From assembly GCF_016433145.1 (NCBI RefSeq), contig NC_058133.1, forward strand, positions 259,332,216-259,394,615: 62,400 bases of DNA, written 5' to 3'. Origin of the DNA: Gracilinanus agilis. Lineage: Eukaryota. This document shows, in pieces, positions 1 through 12,100 of the stretch. The position numbers were made by a program, and so were the translations under genes. The notes under the pieces are model-generated. The model had not been told where the DNA came from. It saw nothing but the letters and a program-made list of their open reading frames with translations, and did no database searches. The first letter of the stretch is position 1. Each line of letters opens with the position of its first letter.

Positions 1-32
<32 letters not shown>
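1..32. repeat. (CA)n microsatellite, at least 16 units, running off the window start
   Basis: Perfect CA repeat at 1-32, abutting the G-rich part of the L1 3' UTR. Confidence 0.98.
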
Positions 33-36
<4 letters not shown>

Positions 37-1876
37 CCTCCCCCCTCCCCTGTCCGATATGCATTTCCACTGGTTTTAACATGTGTCATTAATCAAGACC
101 TATTTCCAAATTGTTGATAGTTGCATTGGTGTGGTACTTTCGATCCCCAATCATGTCCTCATCAACCCATGTATTCAAGCAGTTAATTTTCTTCTGTGTT
201 TCCTCTCCTGCAGATCTTCCTCTGAATGTGGGTAGAATTCTTTTCCATAAATCCCTCAGAATTGTCCTGGGTCATTGCATTGCTGCTAGTACAGAAGTCA
301 ATTACATTCTATTTTTCCACAGTGTATCGGTCTCTGTGTACAATGTTCTTCTGGCTCTGCTCCTTTCATTCTGCATCAATTCCTGGAGGTCTTTCCAATT
401 CACATGGAATTCCTCCAGTTTATTATTCCTTTTAGCACAATAGTATTCCATCACCAACATATACCACAATTTGTTCAGCCATTCCCCAATTGAAGGACAT
501 ACCCTCATTTTCCAGTTTTTTGCCACCACAAAAAGCACGGCTATAAATATTTTTGTGCAAGTCTGTTTATCTATGATCTCTTTGGGGTACAATCCCAACA
601 ATGGTATGGCTGGATCAAAGGGCAGGCATTCTTTTATAGCCCTTTGAGCATAGTTCCAAATTGCCATCCAGAATGGTTGTATCAGTTCACAGCTCCACCA
701 GCAATGCGTTAATGTCCCAATTTTGCCACATCCCCTCCAACATTCATTATTCTCCCCTTCTTTCATTTTAGCCAGTCTGCTAGGTGTGAGGTGATACCTC
801 AGAGTTGTTTTGATTTGCATTTCTCTAATTATTAGAGATTTCTCATGTGCTTATTGATACTTTTGATTTCTTTACCTGAAAATTGCCTATTCATGTCTCT
901 TGCCCATCTATCAATTGGGGAATGGCTTGATTTTTTATACAATTGATTTAACTCCTCGTATATTTGAGTAATTAGACCCCTGTCAGAGTTTTTTATTATA
1001 AAGATTTTTTCCCAATTTGTTGTTTCCCTTCTGATTTTGACTACATTGTTTTTGTTTGTACAAAAGCTTTTTAGTTTAATATAATCAAAACCATTTAATT
1101 TACATTTTGTAATTTTCTCTAACTCTTGCTTGGTTTTAAAATCTTTCCTTTCCCAGAGATCTGACAAGTATACTATTCTGTGTTCACTTAACTTATTTAT
1201 AGTTTCCCTCTTTATATTCAAGTCATTCACCCATTCTGAATTTACCTTGGTGTAGGGTGTGAGATGTTGATCTAAACCTAATCTCTCCCATATTGTTTTC
1301 CAAATTTCCCAACAGTTTTTGTCAAATAGTGGATTTTTGTCCCAAAAATTGGGCTCTTTGGGTTTATCATATACTGTCTTGCTGATGTCACTTACCCCAA
1401 GTCTATTCCACTGATCCTCCCTTCTGTCTCTTAGCCAGTACCATACCTTTTTGATGACTGCTGCTTTATAGTATAGTTTAATATCTGGTACTGCTAGGCC
1501 CCCTTCCTTCACATTTTTTTCCATTATTTCCCTTGATATTCTTGATCTTTTGTTATTCCAAATGAACTTTGTTATAGTTTTTCCTAATTCAGTGAAAAAG
1601 TGTTTTGGTAGTTTGATAGGTATGGCGCTAAATAGGTAAATTAATTTGGGTAGAATGGTCATTTTTATTATGTTAGCTTGTCCTACCCATGAGCAATCAA
1701 TGTTTTTCCAATTGTTTAGATCTAGTTTTATTTGTTTGGAAAGTTTTTTGTAGTTGTTTTCGTATAATTGCTGTGTTTGTTTTGGTAGATAGATTCCTAA
1801 GTATTTTATATTGTCTAGGGTGATTTTAAATGGTGTTTGTCTTTCTACCTCTTGCTGCTGCGATGTGTTGGAAATA
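33..1876 (-). mobile_element. LINE-1, 5'-truncated and frameshifted (post-RT ORF2 plus 3' UTR)
   Basis: ORFs 832-1662 (MTILPKLIYLFSAIPIKLP...) and 302-820 ([13 protein letters not shown]...[16 protein letters not shown]) are consecutive parts of the L1 ORF2 C-terminus including the cysteine-rich motif. A small deletion between them (HMRNL* instead of [13 protein letters not shown]) shifts the frame. Confidence 0.97.
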
Positions 1877-2339
1877 CCTCAATATCTCTTGAAAAGGAAA
1901 CTACTCTTATGTCAATGACTATAAAACAAAGAATCACATATAATCCTTTGGTTAGGCAATTGCAACTATGATTTCAGAAGTATTTAGTCCAATTTAGTAA
2001 ATGAACTATGTAAAAGCATAGTGGTAGATAAGGAGAGAGTTAGCTTAAGAGCTTCTGCTGTCAACCTTGGAATGTCAAGTTCACAAGGTGACTAAATCCT
2101 GATTCCTGATAAAGATAACAGAAACAATCACTGAATTAGTTGTAGAAATTAAGAATTTATTACAAGGACAATACATATTTTGTGGCATAGATGAATTTGG
2201 GGCATGAGGGATGAAGATGAACTACTGAAGCTCAGGAACAGCAAGTAGAATAATTTGGCTTGAAGGTAGTGACAGTGAAAGGAAATAATGTGAAATATAG
2301 AAAACTAAGAGCCAGATGAAGGGCTGAAATGTGCCAAGC

Positions 2340-2622
2340 TGAAGAATTTGTATTTTATCTTAGGGGCAATATTGAGTCAATAAAGGGTTTTGAACAGATG
2401 TGCTTTAGGAAGTTCCTTTTGGAAATTAGATGAATAATGAATTTGGAATGGCAGATCCTGGAAGTCTGGAATTCATTTAGGAGACTGCTGCAATAGTCAA
2501 TGTAAGAGGTGATGAGTACTGAAACAAGATTTGGGGTGGGGGTGAGGATGGAGTGGCCATATGACAGGAGCAAAAAAGACACCTGGAAAAATGCTGTGGA
2601 ACTAGAATCAGCAAGGATTGGC
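2340..2622 (-). mobile_element. L2 LINE fragment
   Basis: Degenerate L2-like motifs (aggagactgctgcaatagtc..aagaggtgatgag; ggaactagaatcagcaaggattgg), recognised by eye. Confidence 0.55.
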
Positions 2623-2639
2623 TGTGGGAAGCCATTCTA

Positions 2640-3483
2640 TGTATTAAAGCCTTTGGAGAAATAGGATCAAATTTAGGGCCTGTTAGCTGGATTCCCTATG
2701 TGACCAATCCAGGCTGAGGCAGTCTTTGTGTTTGGTCCTGGTCACCTGAGCCCCAAAAGGCTCTGGTACCAGCAGGTAGGTTAATCCAAAATCAACTTGG
2801 TCCCTCCGAGAAGGCTATTAGGAGTCATTTAGAGAAACAGAGTCTGTAACAGATATTTTATCTGGATCCCATTACAAAATCATCGGCAAGTAAAACTGTG
2901 TGTATGATTTTCTGCACTGCATGTCAGGATGCAGACTGAACGGGCCATATAAGATAAAAATCTGAGGCTCCTCTTTTGACTCAGTCTTTGATCCCCACCT
3001 TTTTTACAATTCTTATTGGAAAACTTTGAAGTGGCAGACCAGCATCTACTGAGTTAATGATTCCTCTCCTTGATAATTAAGAAGCCTAAACCCTAACAAA
3101 CATTACTTAAGATAAGTCTGCATACTTAGATAAGTATGGCGCTTTTAGTTTTGACTTTATTTGTCTAGGTGCCTATAATCCTGGAAGACAGAACTCAATA
3201 AGTGAGCATCTCCATAAAAATATTTCCTCTCCCAGAATTATCCCTACTAATTGATGGTTGGAATTTGGCCATTGTCTTGGTACTTATACCTTTAATGGGT
3301 TATGTATAATCTGTTACCCCTTCATAGCTGTGTTCTTTGTTTGAAACCAATATATAATAAACTCCCAAGCCCACAGATTTTGGAACAGCATGGGCTAACC
3401 ACTAGTCTGGTTGTTCTCATTTTCTTTTTCCTGTCTTATCAATCCGACGCCGTAAACGCCACTCAGAACCCCCATTTTTATCA
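2640..3483 (+). mobile_element. Putative solo ERV LTR
   Basis: Starts TG, ends ...attttatCA, AATAAA near 3356, flanks tcta/tata resemble a 4-bp TSD with one mismatch. Family not identified. Confidence 0.35.
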
Positions 3484-4620
3484 TATAGGAGGCTGGTCCC
3501 CTATAATTGGCAGAAATGTAAAACAAACATGGAGGAGGATGGCCCTACTTGCTTCACTTTATTAGCATGGGACATAGGAAACAAGATGAATTTCTTTATT
3601 CCTATCAGTTTGGGGGGGGGAGGGTTAGGGGATGCAGACTCACAATCAGGAATTTAATTTGAGTTTTCTTTCCTAAAGTTAGATAGCTGTCTGGAACCAA
3701 GGACCCTGAAAGAGCAATTAAAAGGATAAATCTGACTTTGGCCTACTGTCTTTTTTTGATTAGCTGAGTGAGCTTATAGGTCTCAGCCCTGCAGTAAAAG
3801 AGCTACCCCCAGCATGAAGTAGCAAACAACAGCCGAAGAGAATGAATAGCTGAAGCAGAGCAGGTAGGTGGAGGCAGAGGGCATCTTGACAATCCCCAAG
3901 CTTCTGTAATGCAAAAGTTGCAAGAGGGGTTTTTGCTCTTACAGGGGGCCAACTGAAGACTTCTGGCAGTTAAGCCTTAGAATTCTGAGAGAAAGTTCAG
4001 TTGGTCCCTGATGCTTGAACAGAATGGAAGGATCAACCAGAGCTCTATTTTGGCTTTCGGTTTGCTTTGGCCTGTGCCTTGTCTTTGGACAATTTGTACC
4101 TAGCTAATTTCTCTGGACCTCTCCCTGACCTTCTCCATATTATTTCCCTGTTTCCCCTGCCTTTTTTCCCAGGGCTCTGGGAGGCAGGATGGCTTTTGGG
4201 TTTCTAGTGAAAAGACTTTGTGGGTTTAATTTTCCCCAATAGGCAAGTAGGACATCCTTGAATTCAAACTATCCCTTTAGTATACCCTCTACCTTAAAAG
4301 CAGTCAAATTGTCCCAGGCTGAGAGAGCAGGTTCTCTCTCAGTCTAACCCATTCCTGAGACCCACCCCGATCTTGAGTTTCTCCCTAGTGGCTGTCAGGA
4401 ACCCCAAACCCCTCTTTCCTTCCAGACCAACCCTGAAACATTAATAAACCCTTGGTTACCTAATGAAACCCTCTGGAGAATCTTTGTGTTGAAGAAATTA
4501 GGCAAGGGTGAAGGGAAAGGAATAATTCTCTTTTATTTTTTGAGGGAAACTGGAGGCATCCATCTTGGAAGGAAGTAGTTACCAGACACTTCCTCCTGAA
4601 TCCCTTCAGTTTCATTGACA
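3484..4620 (+). mobile_element. Putative LTR-like element (remainder of an outer LTR)
   Basis: Non-coding, LTR-like composition, AATAAA near 4443, ends ...ttgaCA at 4620. No clean TSD. Confidence 0.3.
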
Positions 4621-4849
4621 GGGAGGAGCTTTGTGGTTCCTCCTTTGAGAACTTGAGAAACTGACAAGAAAGCCCTCAAGTCAGATTCAAACCACTTCTG
4701 ACTGGCCCTATTTCTTATGTCTGTAGACCTTTCCTGCCTGGAAGGTTCAGCCTATTTCCCCCCCAGTGTCCTCTGTCTCTGGCCTGAGTGTCTAGTCTGT
4801 GTTAGCTGCCTCTCCTGAATGCCTCACCCTGTATCCTTACCATCCTAAT

Positions 4850-5760
4850 ACCACCTTGTCCATTCCTCCCCAAACTCAGCCAATCCCTTTCATTCCTTTC
4901 CTATCACCAATCACCCTTTTGCCCCTCTGTCACTCAGCAAGGGAAGGAAATCACCCCCGAACTTTAGTGTACCCCTCTTTTATCCATAACACTTCCCACA
5001 CCTTATATCCCTCTGCCCCTTACTCTTCCATCCAGTGATACTGGCCTTCTTGCTGTTCTTCAACCAATACAGTCCACCTCCCTATTCCAGGCATTTTCAG
5101 TGACTGTCCACCATTCCTTGAATGCTTTTCTTTCTCATTTTATTTTATTTTATTTTATTTTATTTTATTTTATTTTATTTTATTTTTAAACCCTTGTACT
5201 TCAGTGTATTGTCTCATAGATGGAAGATTGGTAAGGGTGGGCAATAGGGGTCAAGTGACTTGCCCAGGGTCACACAGCTGGGAAGTGGCTGAGGCCGGGT
5301 TTGAACCTAGGACCTCCTGTCTCTAGGCCTGACTCTCACTCCACTGAGCTACCCAGCTGCCCCGCTTTTCTTTCTCATATCAACATTCTAACTTCCTCCA
5401 AGTTCCTGCTGAAATGTCACTTTCTCCAGGAAACCTTTTCTGACGAAAACAATATCTACTTCACAGGGAAGATCAAATGAGATAATATTTGTAGAGTGTA
5501 TAGCACAGTGCCTAGTGCTATTTAAGTGCTTATTCCCTTCTCTTCCCTCCAACTTTTAAATTATAGTGCCTTCCTTAGGTTGATTTTCTTCAATTTATTC
5601 CTATATATATTTTGTTTGTACATAGCTGTTTGTATTTTGTATTCCCTATTAGACTGGGCTTCTTGAGGGTAAGATTTGTCTTTTGCCTTTCTTTATGCTG
5701 GCTCAGCACTTAGCCCATTGCCTGGTACATAAAAGGGGCTTAAATGTTTATCCACTGACA
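4850..5760 (+). mobile_element. L2 3' region interrupted by a SINE and a MIR-like piece
   Basis: Typical L2 3' motifs (actggccttcttgctgttc...; cttcttgagggtaag..ttttgcctttc...cctggtacata..aaatgttt) on both sides of the insertions. Confidence 0.75.
5139..5363 (-). mobile_element. Young CORE-SINE (SINE1_Mdo-like) with (AAAAT)n tail and 15-bp TSD
   Basis: Head ggggcagctgggtagctcagtgg, B-box ggttcaaacc, CORE gtgaccctgggcaagtcacttg. TSD gcttttctttctcat at 5124-5138 and 5364-5378. Confidence 0.93.
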
Positions 5761-6559
5761 CAGAACTAAAAACTGAAATGCCCAGACCACAGTGCAATGA
5801 TGATTCACCAGCTGGTGTACTTATTTCCCAGGTTGTCCAGGACACATAGGCTCCTACCATATCAACACTGACCCAGAAAGTTCCCTGGCCTCATTTCTCA
5901 ACGTGTGTATCTTTCAACCTGTTTCTATGTGCTTGTCCTCCACCACTGGTGTTACTGTCATATATTCCATCTTTTTGGTCCCTGCTTTTAACTGTATTTT
6001 CGGATTGGCTAGTAAAAGTAAGTAATAGCTTTAAGGTTTGCAGTGTGCTTTAAGCATTTACTAAACACCTACTGTGTTTCAGTCCATTTACAAATCTCAT
6101 TTGTTCCACACAATCCTGGGAGAGTGTGTTTATTCCCATTTTACAGTTGAGAAACCGGGGCAGACGGAAGTTAAAATTATTTGCCCAGGGTCACACTGCT
6201 AGTAAATATATGGGGTTGTTTTTCAGCTTGGGTCTTCTTCAGTCCAGGACCGGTGCTTTAGTCCCTGGGAGCTAATAAGCCACAAGCATGGTGTTGAGTA
6301 AAGGCCGATCCAGAGATTCTAGAACTCCCAATAATAGTGGGGGTGAAATTCCCGTGAATCATTCCCAGGAGCTACAAAAACACCGGCTCCACCCAGAAAA
6401 CCTGGGAGTCCCATGTCCCGCCTCCCTTCTTCCTAACTTGGAACAGGTGAGCGACAGATTAGGGTATAGGAGTTGAAAGAAGAGGAGGATGGAGTAGGAA
6501 ACAATCCTAGGTGAGATTACACGGAAAGAACGGGGGGAGGGCCTAGAGCCAAGGCAGGT

Positions 6560-6860
6560 GTCTTCTCTACGAGGTTACCCCGCCTCCTGAAGCTTTCAGA
6601 CCAATCAGGAGTCCCAAACTTTCGCGCCAAGCATTTCCTGACACCTCCCTCCCTTCCTCAGTCACCGGAAACTGCGGTGGGAGAAGTCTTCCAAGCCAAT
6701 CAGAAGGCTGATTCTAGAGTAGAGCGGAGTTCTAGGGAAAGGCGGAAGAGGGGAGGGGGTTCGACGTTTCCTAGGCGACCCCAGAAAGAGGGTTGATCCC
6801 GCCGGCCCACTTCTAGCCAATCACGAGATACTTGGCCCAGAGCTCTCCCATAACCAGGGA
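6560..6860. promoter_or_regulatory. Orphan CpG-containing promoter-like element (3 NF-Y boxes, E2F, ETS)
   Basis: CCAAT with extended NF-Y context at 6601, 6696 and 6817; TTTCGCGC at 6620-6627; accggaaa at 6664; local CpG enrichment. Confidence 0.7.
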
Positions 6861-7689
6861 GACTGCTAGAGCCTGCCTTTCTAGCCTGCCGGCAATGGTC
6901 CTGGGATACCTGCTGGAGACACTTTTGGTTACATTTCACCTGCCAGAAGTCAGGGACGTCCAGAAATAGCCTAAGTCTAGAGGGCCCTCTCAGGATGGGG
7001 CTAGTCCCTGCCTTACTACAGCAGTCTTAGGAATTTTGTGAGGGACAAAAAGTACTAAAGACCAGAGACCAGAAATTCGAGGCAGAGAAAATGGACTACT
7101 CTCACCTCCCCGCCATCCCCCCTCCCACTTCTCCCCACACCACATGCTTTGGTGGCCCTCTGGCTGAGGCATGAAGACCTTCTGGGAGGCAGAAACAGCT
7201 ACTGGCAGAACTAAACCAATCCCTCTTTCTCAGAACCTCGTTTCAGATATTTAAAAACTGCTATCACTCCTAAAATCGTTCCAGTTTTATAGTGCCCATT
7301 TCCCTCAACTGACCCACATAAGGCTTGATCTCCCGAGATTTTTAATTGTCCTTGAGGTTCTATGCTGGGCACTCTCCAGCTTTTATCAGTGTGCTTCCTA
7401 AAACAGCGCTAACAATAGTTTTCTTGAGTTCTTGTTAACAAGTTTTCAGATCTACACATGGAAGGGAATGAAAAAGGTCTTCTAGAATAGACCAACTCCA
7501 TTATTTTACAAATGAGGAAATGGAAGCCCAGTAATGTGAAGATCACAGGCAGAGATCTGAACCAGTTATCCTTCCAGTGTACCAGTTAGGCCAGTTCTCA
7601 CTACATGTCCATTCCCTTCCTGCCAAAATGGAAGAGGGGAGAAAACAGATGTCCCTCTTCAAGTCAACACTTCAGAACTTGGAGATAAT

Positions 7690-7900
7690 ATGCTCTCCAT
7701 GTTAAAATGTCTATATTCTTCTCCAGATTAAATATCCCCAATTTCTTCATCTAATCCTCAAGGACATGGTTTTGAAGTCATTTGCTTTCCTTTGGATTCT
7801 CTCCAATTAAACATTCTTCTTGAAATTTGGCATCCAGCACAACTCCAGGTGTACTATGGCCAGGGTTGAATACAGTAGTACTTAATTACTTCCTAGTCCT
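7690..7900 (-). mobile_element. L3/CR1 ancient LINE fragment
   Basis: CR1-type motifs (cttctccagattaaatatcccc..ttcttc; cagcacaactccaggtgt..ggccagggttgaatacagt). Confidence 0.55.
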
Positions 7901-8619
7901 GAGGTCTTCCGACCCCCAATTCAGTGTTATTTCCATGCTACTTCAGAGATATAAGGAGAAATGGAGGAAGAGAATGGGGTTGGGGTTAGAAAGTTCTTAA
8001 GAGGGCAACTAGAGGTAACATTGGAAAGAGTGATCGAATTTGTCCTCAGATACTTCCTAGCTGTGACCCTGGGCAAGTCACTTGACCCCAATTACCTGGT
8101 CCAGGTAGGTACCCATCGTTTGCCTTAGAATTGATACTAAGACAGAAGGTAAAGTTTTTTGGGGTTTTTTTTAAGTTCCTTAAGGTAAGGTAAATCTTGA
8201 ACCTGGCTTAGACTTAAGATAGACAATTTTATGGCAACTTTTTCTCTATAATCAGTGGCCAAAAAGTCACCCTGGCCTCCACTTCTCAGAATTGATGAAA
8301 CAAAACAACTTCTTTTCCTCCTGTGGATTTCAACAAGGCTATGCCAAAAGCAAAGCCTGAAAGGTTCTACCAAACTGGAAAGGCTTTGAATATAGGTCCA
8401 GCAATAGACTATGGGTCTGGTCTGAGGACTTAACAGTCTCTACTTATGTGTAGAGGACTAGTCCCCAGGTGATTTTTTATTTTGTCTTAGTAACTAAGAA
8501 AGAACACAGACAAAATCTACAGCAACAAAGGGAGTGCCCATACTAACAAAATCATGAATGTCAAAATAAGTCCATGGGGCTGAAAAGTTGGAAACTTTGG
8601 AGTAAGCTCTACCCAAGGA

Positions 8620-8799
8620 TAGAATTTTTTAACCCAAGTGGTCCATGAACTTTTTTTGTTTTTAATATTTTGATCATTATATTTCAACATAATTGGTTTC
8701 CTTTCATTCTATGCATTTAAGACTATCATGAGCAGGGATCTATAAGCTTCACCAGACTGCCACAGGAGTCCATGAAACAGAAATGGTTAAGAGCCCCTG
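8620..8799 (+). mobile_element. hAT/Charlie-like non-autonomous DNA transposon
   Basis: Degenerate TIRs (tagaattttttaacc ... ggttaagagcccctg) with subterminal gtccatg. Related copies near 23820-23880 and 50817-50869. Confidence 0.6.
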
Positions 8800-8929
8800 C
8801 CCTCGTGGTTCTGCTACCAAAATGACCCTTGAGAGCTACACTTATCAATAGGAATTCTTTCATCTCTCTTACAACTTAGAGTCCAAGAAATGATGACCAA
8901 AAAACAAAAACAAAACAGAGACAAGAAGT

Positions 8930-8935
8930 TTTATT
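8930..8935 (-). terminator. VPS52: VPS52 polyadenylation signal AATAAA
   Basis: tttatt on + strand, about 240 nt past the VPS52 stop. Confidence 0.75.
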
Positions 8936-9175
8936 GACTAGGAGGAGGACAGAACTGGGAATAGGGAATGTCATTTTGAAGAATCACCAGAGTAGGCTAT
9001 AAGAACCCAAATTACTCAGTCTGGCAAGGAGTAATAACAGGCTTGGAAACAGGCACATGAGGAATATGGGGATTGGGGAATCATTAGTTGGGCAAGTTAG
9101 TCCCTGAAAAATTAGAGGTATCCTGGGGAAAGACTGGACTGAGAGAGGGCTTGGAAAATCTCAAGGATAAACATA

Positions 9176-12100
9176 TCAGAAGTTGGGCTTATGCTTCTTA
9201 AGCTCAACCATAAGGTGGTGAATATTGATGAGCTCTGCACGGGCTGGGAGGGCTCGGAGCTGGGGCTGGGATAAGACTCGATGGAAGCGGTGATAAAGCT
9301 GGATCAGCTGGGTCAAGGCACCCTGGTCAGAGGTCATAAGAGGTACAAAGGTGGTTAGAGCTTGAGCACCACCAAATGATGCCAGTAAGAATTTGAAGGT
9401 AGAAACAATGATTGGAGATTAGGGGGTCACAAAGATGATGCTGGGCTCCTGGTGATTGACCTCAGTGACTTGGAAAGGGGAAGGATCAGAGAATGGGGAA
9501 AAGGATGTCACCTGGATGATGCTGGTCCCATTTCGGAAGTTAGTGAAGCTCCTCATGACATCCTGACTTAGTGATTCAACAGAAGATTTCCAAGAGCTGC
9601 CAAAGCCCCTTATCAGCTGAGTCACCCGGGCTAGCATGTTAAGGAAACAGGGTTGGTATTGATACTATCAGTTGGTGCTACTCCATCCTGTATTCTCTTC
9701 TTCCCTGCTCTCCCCACATTCATCTAGATGAGTGGTGTCAAATATAAATAAAAACAAGGGCCACTAAACTGTACATAAGGATCACTGCAGGCTTCATATT
9801 GACTTGGAAAACCATACATTTTTATATATTTATATATATATCTATATACACATATACATATTTTTAACTAATACATCAACACATGAAAAATCAATTAGGA
9901 ACTATATTTTAATCTGGTTCAGGTGCACTCAGAAGTGTTGTGGGCTACCTATTTGACACCTCTGTTCTAGCTCCTATCTCCTTTTCCTTCCAGCCCCTAG
10001 AATTCCTCCTATCTCTCAGCCTTTTCCCTGTACCTTCCTCACCTTCTTCCCCTCGAAGACGCTCTGCCTGGCCCCTCTCAATCAGACCTTCAGCCTCCTT
10101 CACAAATGCCACCAAGCCTCCAAAAGGTGGGGACAGAAGCTCTTCAATGAATTCCTGGAGAACACATAGACAAAGTGGGGGATGGGAAGGTAACTCAGAA
10201 TGAGCTAGGTTTGGAAGAATATTCCCTCAATTAGTTTAACTACTCAAGAAAAGGAGAAGGAGTGAGAGAAAATCAATGACCTGAGTTCGTGCATTGAGCA
10301 ACTGCTGGAAACTCTCAACTTCTTTGCTGTCATCTGCTGCACGTTCCTTCAGGAAGGGATGAAAAATAAGAGAGATAAATTTGGAGATGAACAGAGGGTT
10401 CATAATGTCTAAGAGCAGAAAAAGTGGGACCTTTCATTAGAATGCAACCCCTAGCTAGGTGGCACAGTGGATTGCCAGACCTAGGCAGTCAGGACGACTT
10501 GGAATCAAATCTGGCCTCAGACACTTACAGACCCAGGTCAAGTCACATAACCTTATTTGCCTAGCCCTGCCTTTCTGCCTAAGAGTTGTTACCAAGATAG
10601 AAAGTAAGAACTTTCAAAAAAAAAAAAAAAAAAAGACGACGACAACCCCTTCCTGGGTGAGGAATAATCTTTGAGATGGAGGGGTGGGGATGGAAAGAGG
10701 AAGATCTTTATTTTTGTTGGTTTGGGGAAAAATTTGTTACCATGAGCACGCCTAGCATCATGTCATAGTTGTTGATCAAAAATACAAGCTGCTCTTTCCG
10801 TGAAGAAAACTCTGCTGCCACTCGTAGCACAAAATTCTCCACCTCCACCTGGAAAAGCAGTCAAGGAGGGAAGAGTGAAGGAAAGCAAGGCTATCTAAGG
10901 GGTGTCTTTCCTCACCTCCAAAGTCCCAATTAAGAGAAGGGCCACCTCACCTGCAACTGTCCCAATAGCTGCATTGTCCGCTCATTGGGAATAGTCTGGT
11001 TGATGCTGACAAGAGCTGAAGAGAACTCTGCATAACGACGTGTGATCTGAGGAAGGAGAGATGAAGAATTATATCTCACACCAATTTTCCAGAAAAGCCT
11101 CTGTTTCCCCAGCTGCTCAGTTTCCTAGCCTCACCCATTTTAATTCACTGCTTCTCTACCCCTAGTGATTAGCCCTTTAGTTTAGCCCAAGTTCCCTTTT
11201 TATCCGAAGTCACCCCCAATAATCCCAAAGTGGCTTTTGCCCTGCCCTCACATAGTGGGGTCGTGTGTCCAGCCCTCCGAGTCGTTGGGGATCAGTGCTT
11301 CGGACACTCTGTACATTCATTTCCAGAATCAGCTCGAACCGAGGCCACAGCAGAGCCAGGACCTGTTCCCAATACCTGGGGGTCACCCAGGATCAGAAGT
11401 CAGTGATGAAGGGCACATGATCCAATCTAGAATAATCCCTTTGGATTTCCTTCCAAAGAGACTAAAGGGCCAGGCATCTGAGGGAATGTCACAAGTCTCT
11501 TACATTCTAAACCCCGATGTTCTGTCTTTTCTTTCATCTTCACTTCTCACATCCAACCAATTACCAAGTTCTATCATTCCACCTTAACATCTTACAGTTC
11601 TATCCCTTCCTCTCCCAATTTTATTGTCACTATCCTTATGGACTACTGCAATGGTCCCCTGATAGATCTCCCTCCCATCCATTCTCTTTCCCTTCCAATC
11701 TATCCTTCATATTACTACCAGAACAAACTTCTTTGTGCATGACTCTAGTCCTATCATTCCTCTGCACAAAAATTCTTCAGCAATTCCCAACTGCCTACAC
11801 TTCTTTGCTTGGCAGTCAAGACCTCCACAATCTAGTGCTACTTGACCTCATCCAGTCTTAGCTAATATGATTTCCCTTACTCAAGTCAACCAAAAGATCT
11901 CTGCCTTCCCCTCAAAAGATGCTGTGCTTCTGCACATTAAAACTATTCCCTATCCTTGGAATGTCCTCCTTTCCCTTTACCTACAAGAGGATCATAAATT
12001 TAGAGCTTGAGTTTCATCTTGTCTTTACAGGTAAACTCAACTCGACCAAGGTCACCAGGCAGTGAAAGATTCAAAATCAAGCCTTATGTCCACAAACCAA

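Noticed and set aside
6288-6476. + strand ORF with a CAG|GTGAGC donor at 6447
   Set aside because: No recognisable product or downstream partner exon, and it lies upstream of the promoter motifs on that strand.
6330-6900. MHC class I promoter remnant or tRNA gene (rodents carry class I genes at this position)
   Set aside because: No convincing enhancer A/ISRE/SXY module, no class I exons, no A/B box pair or cloverleaf.
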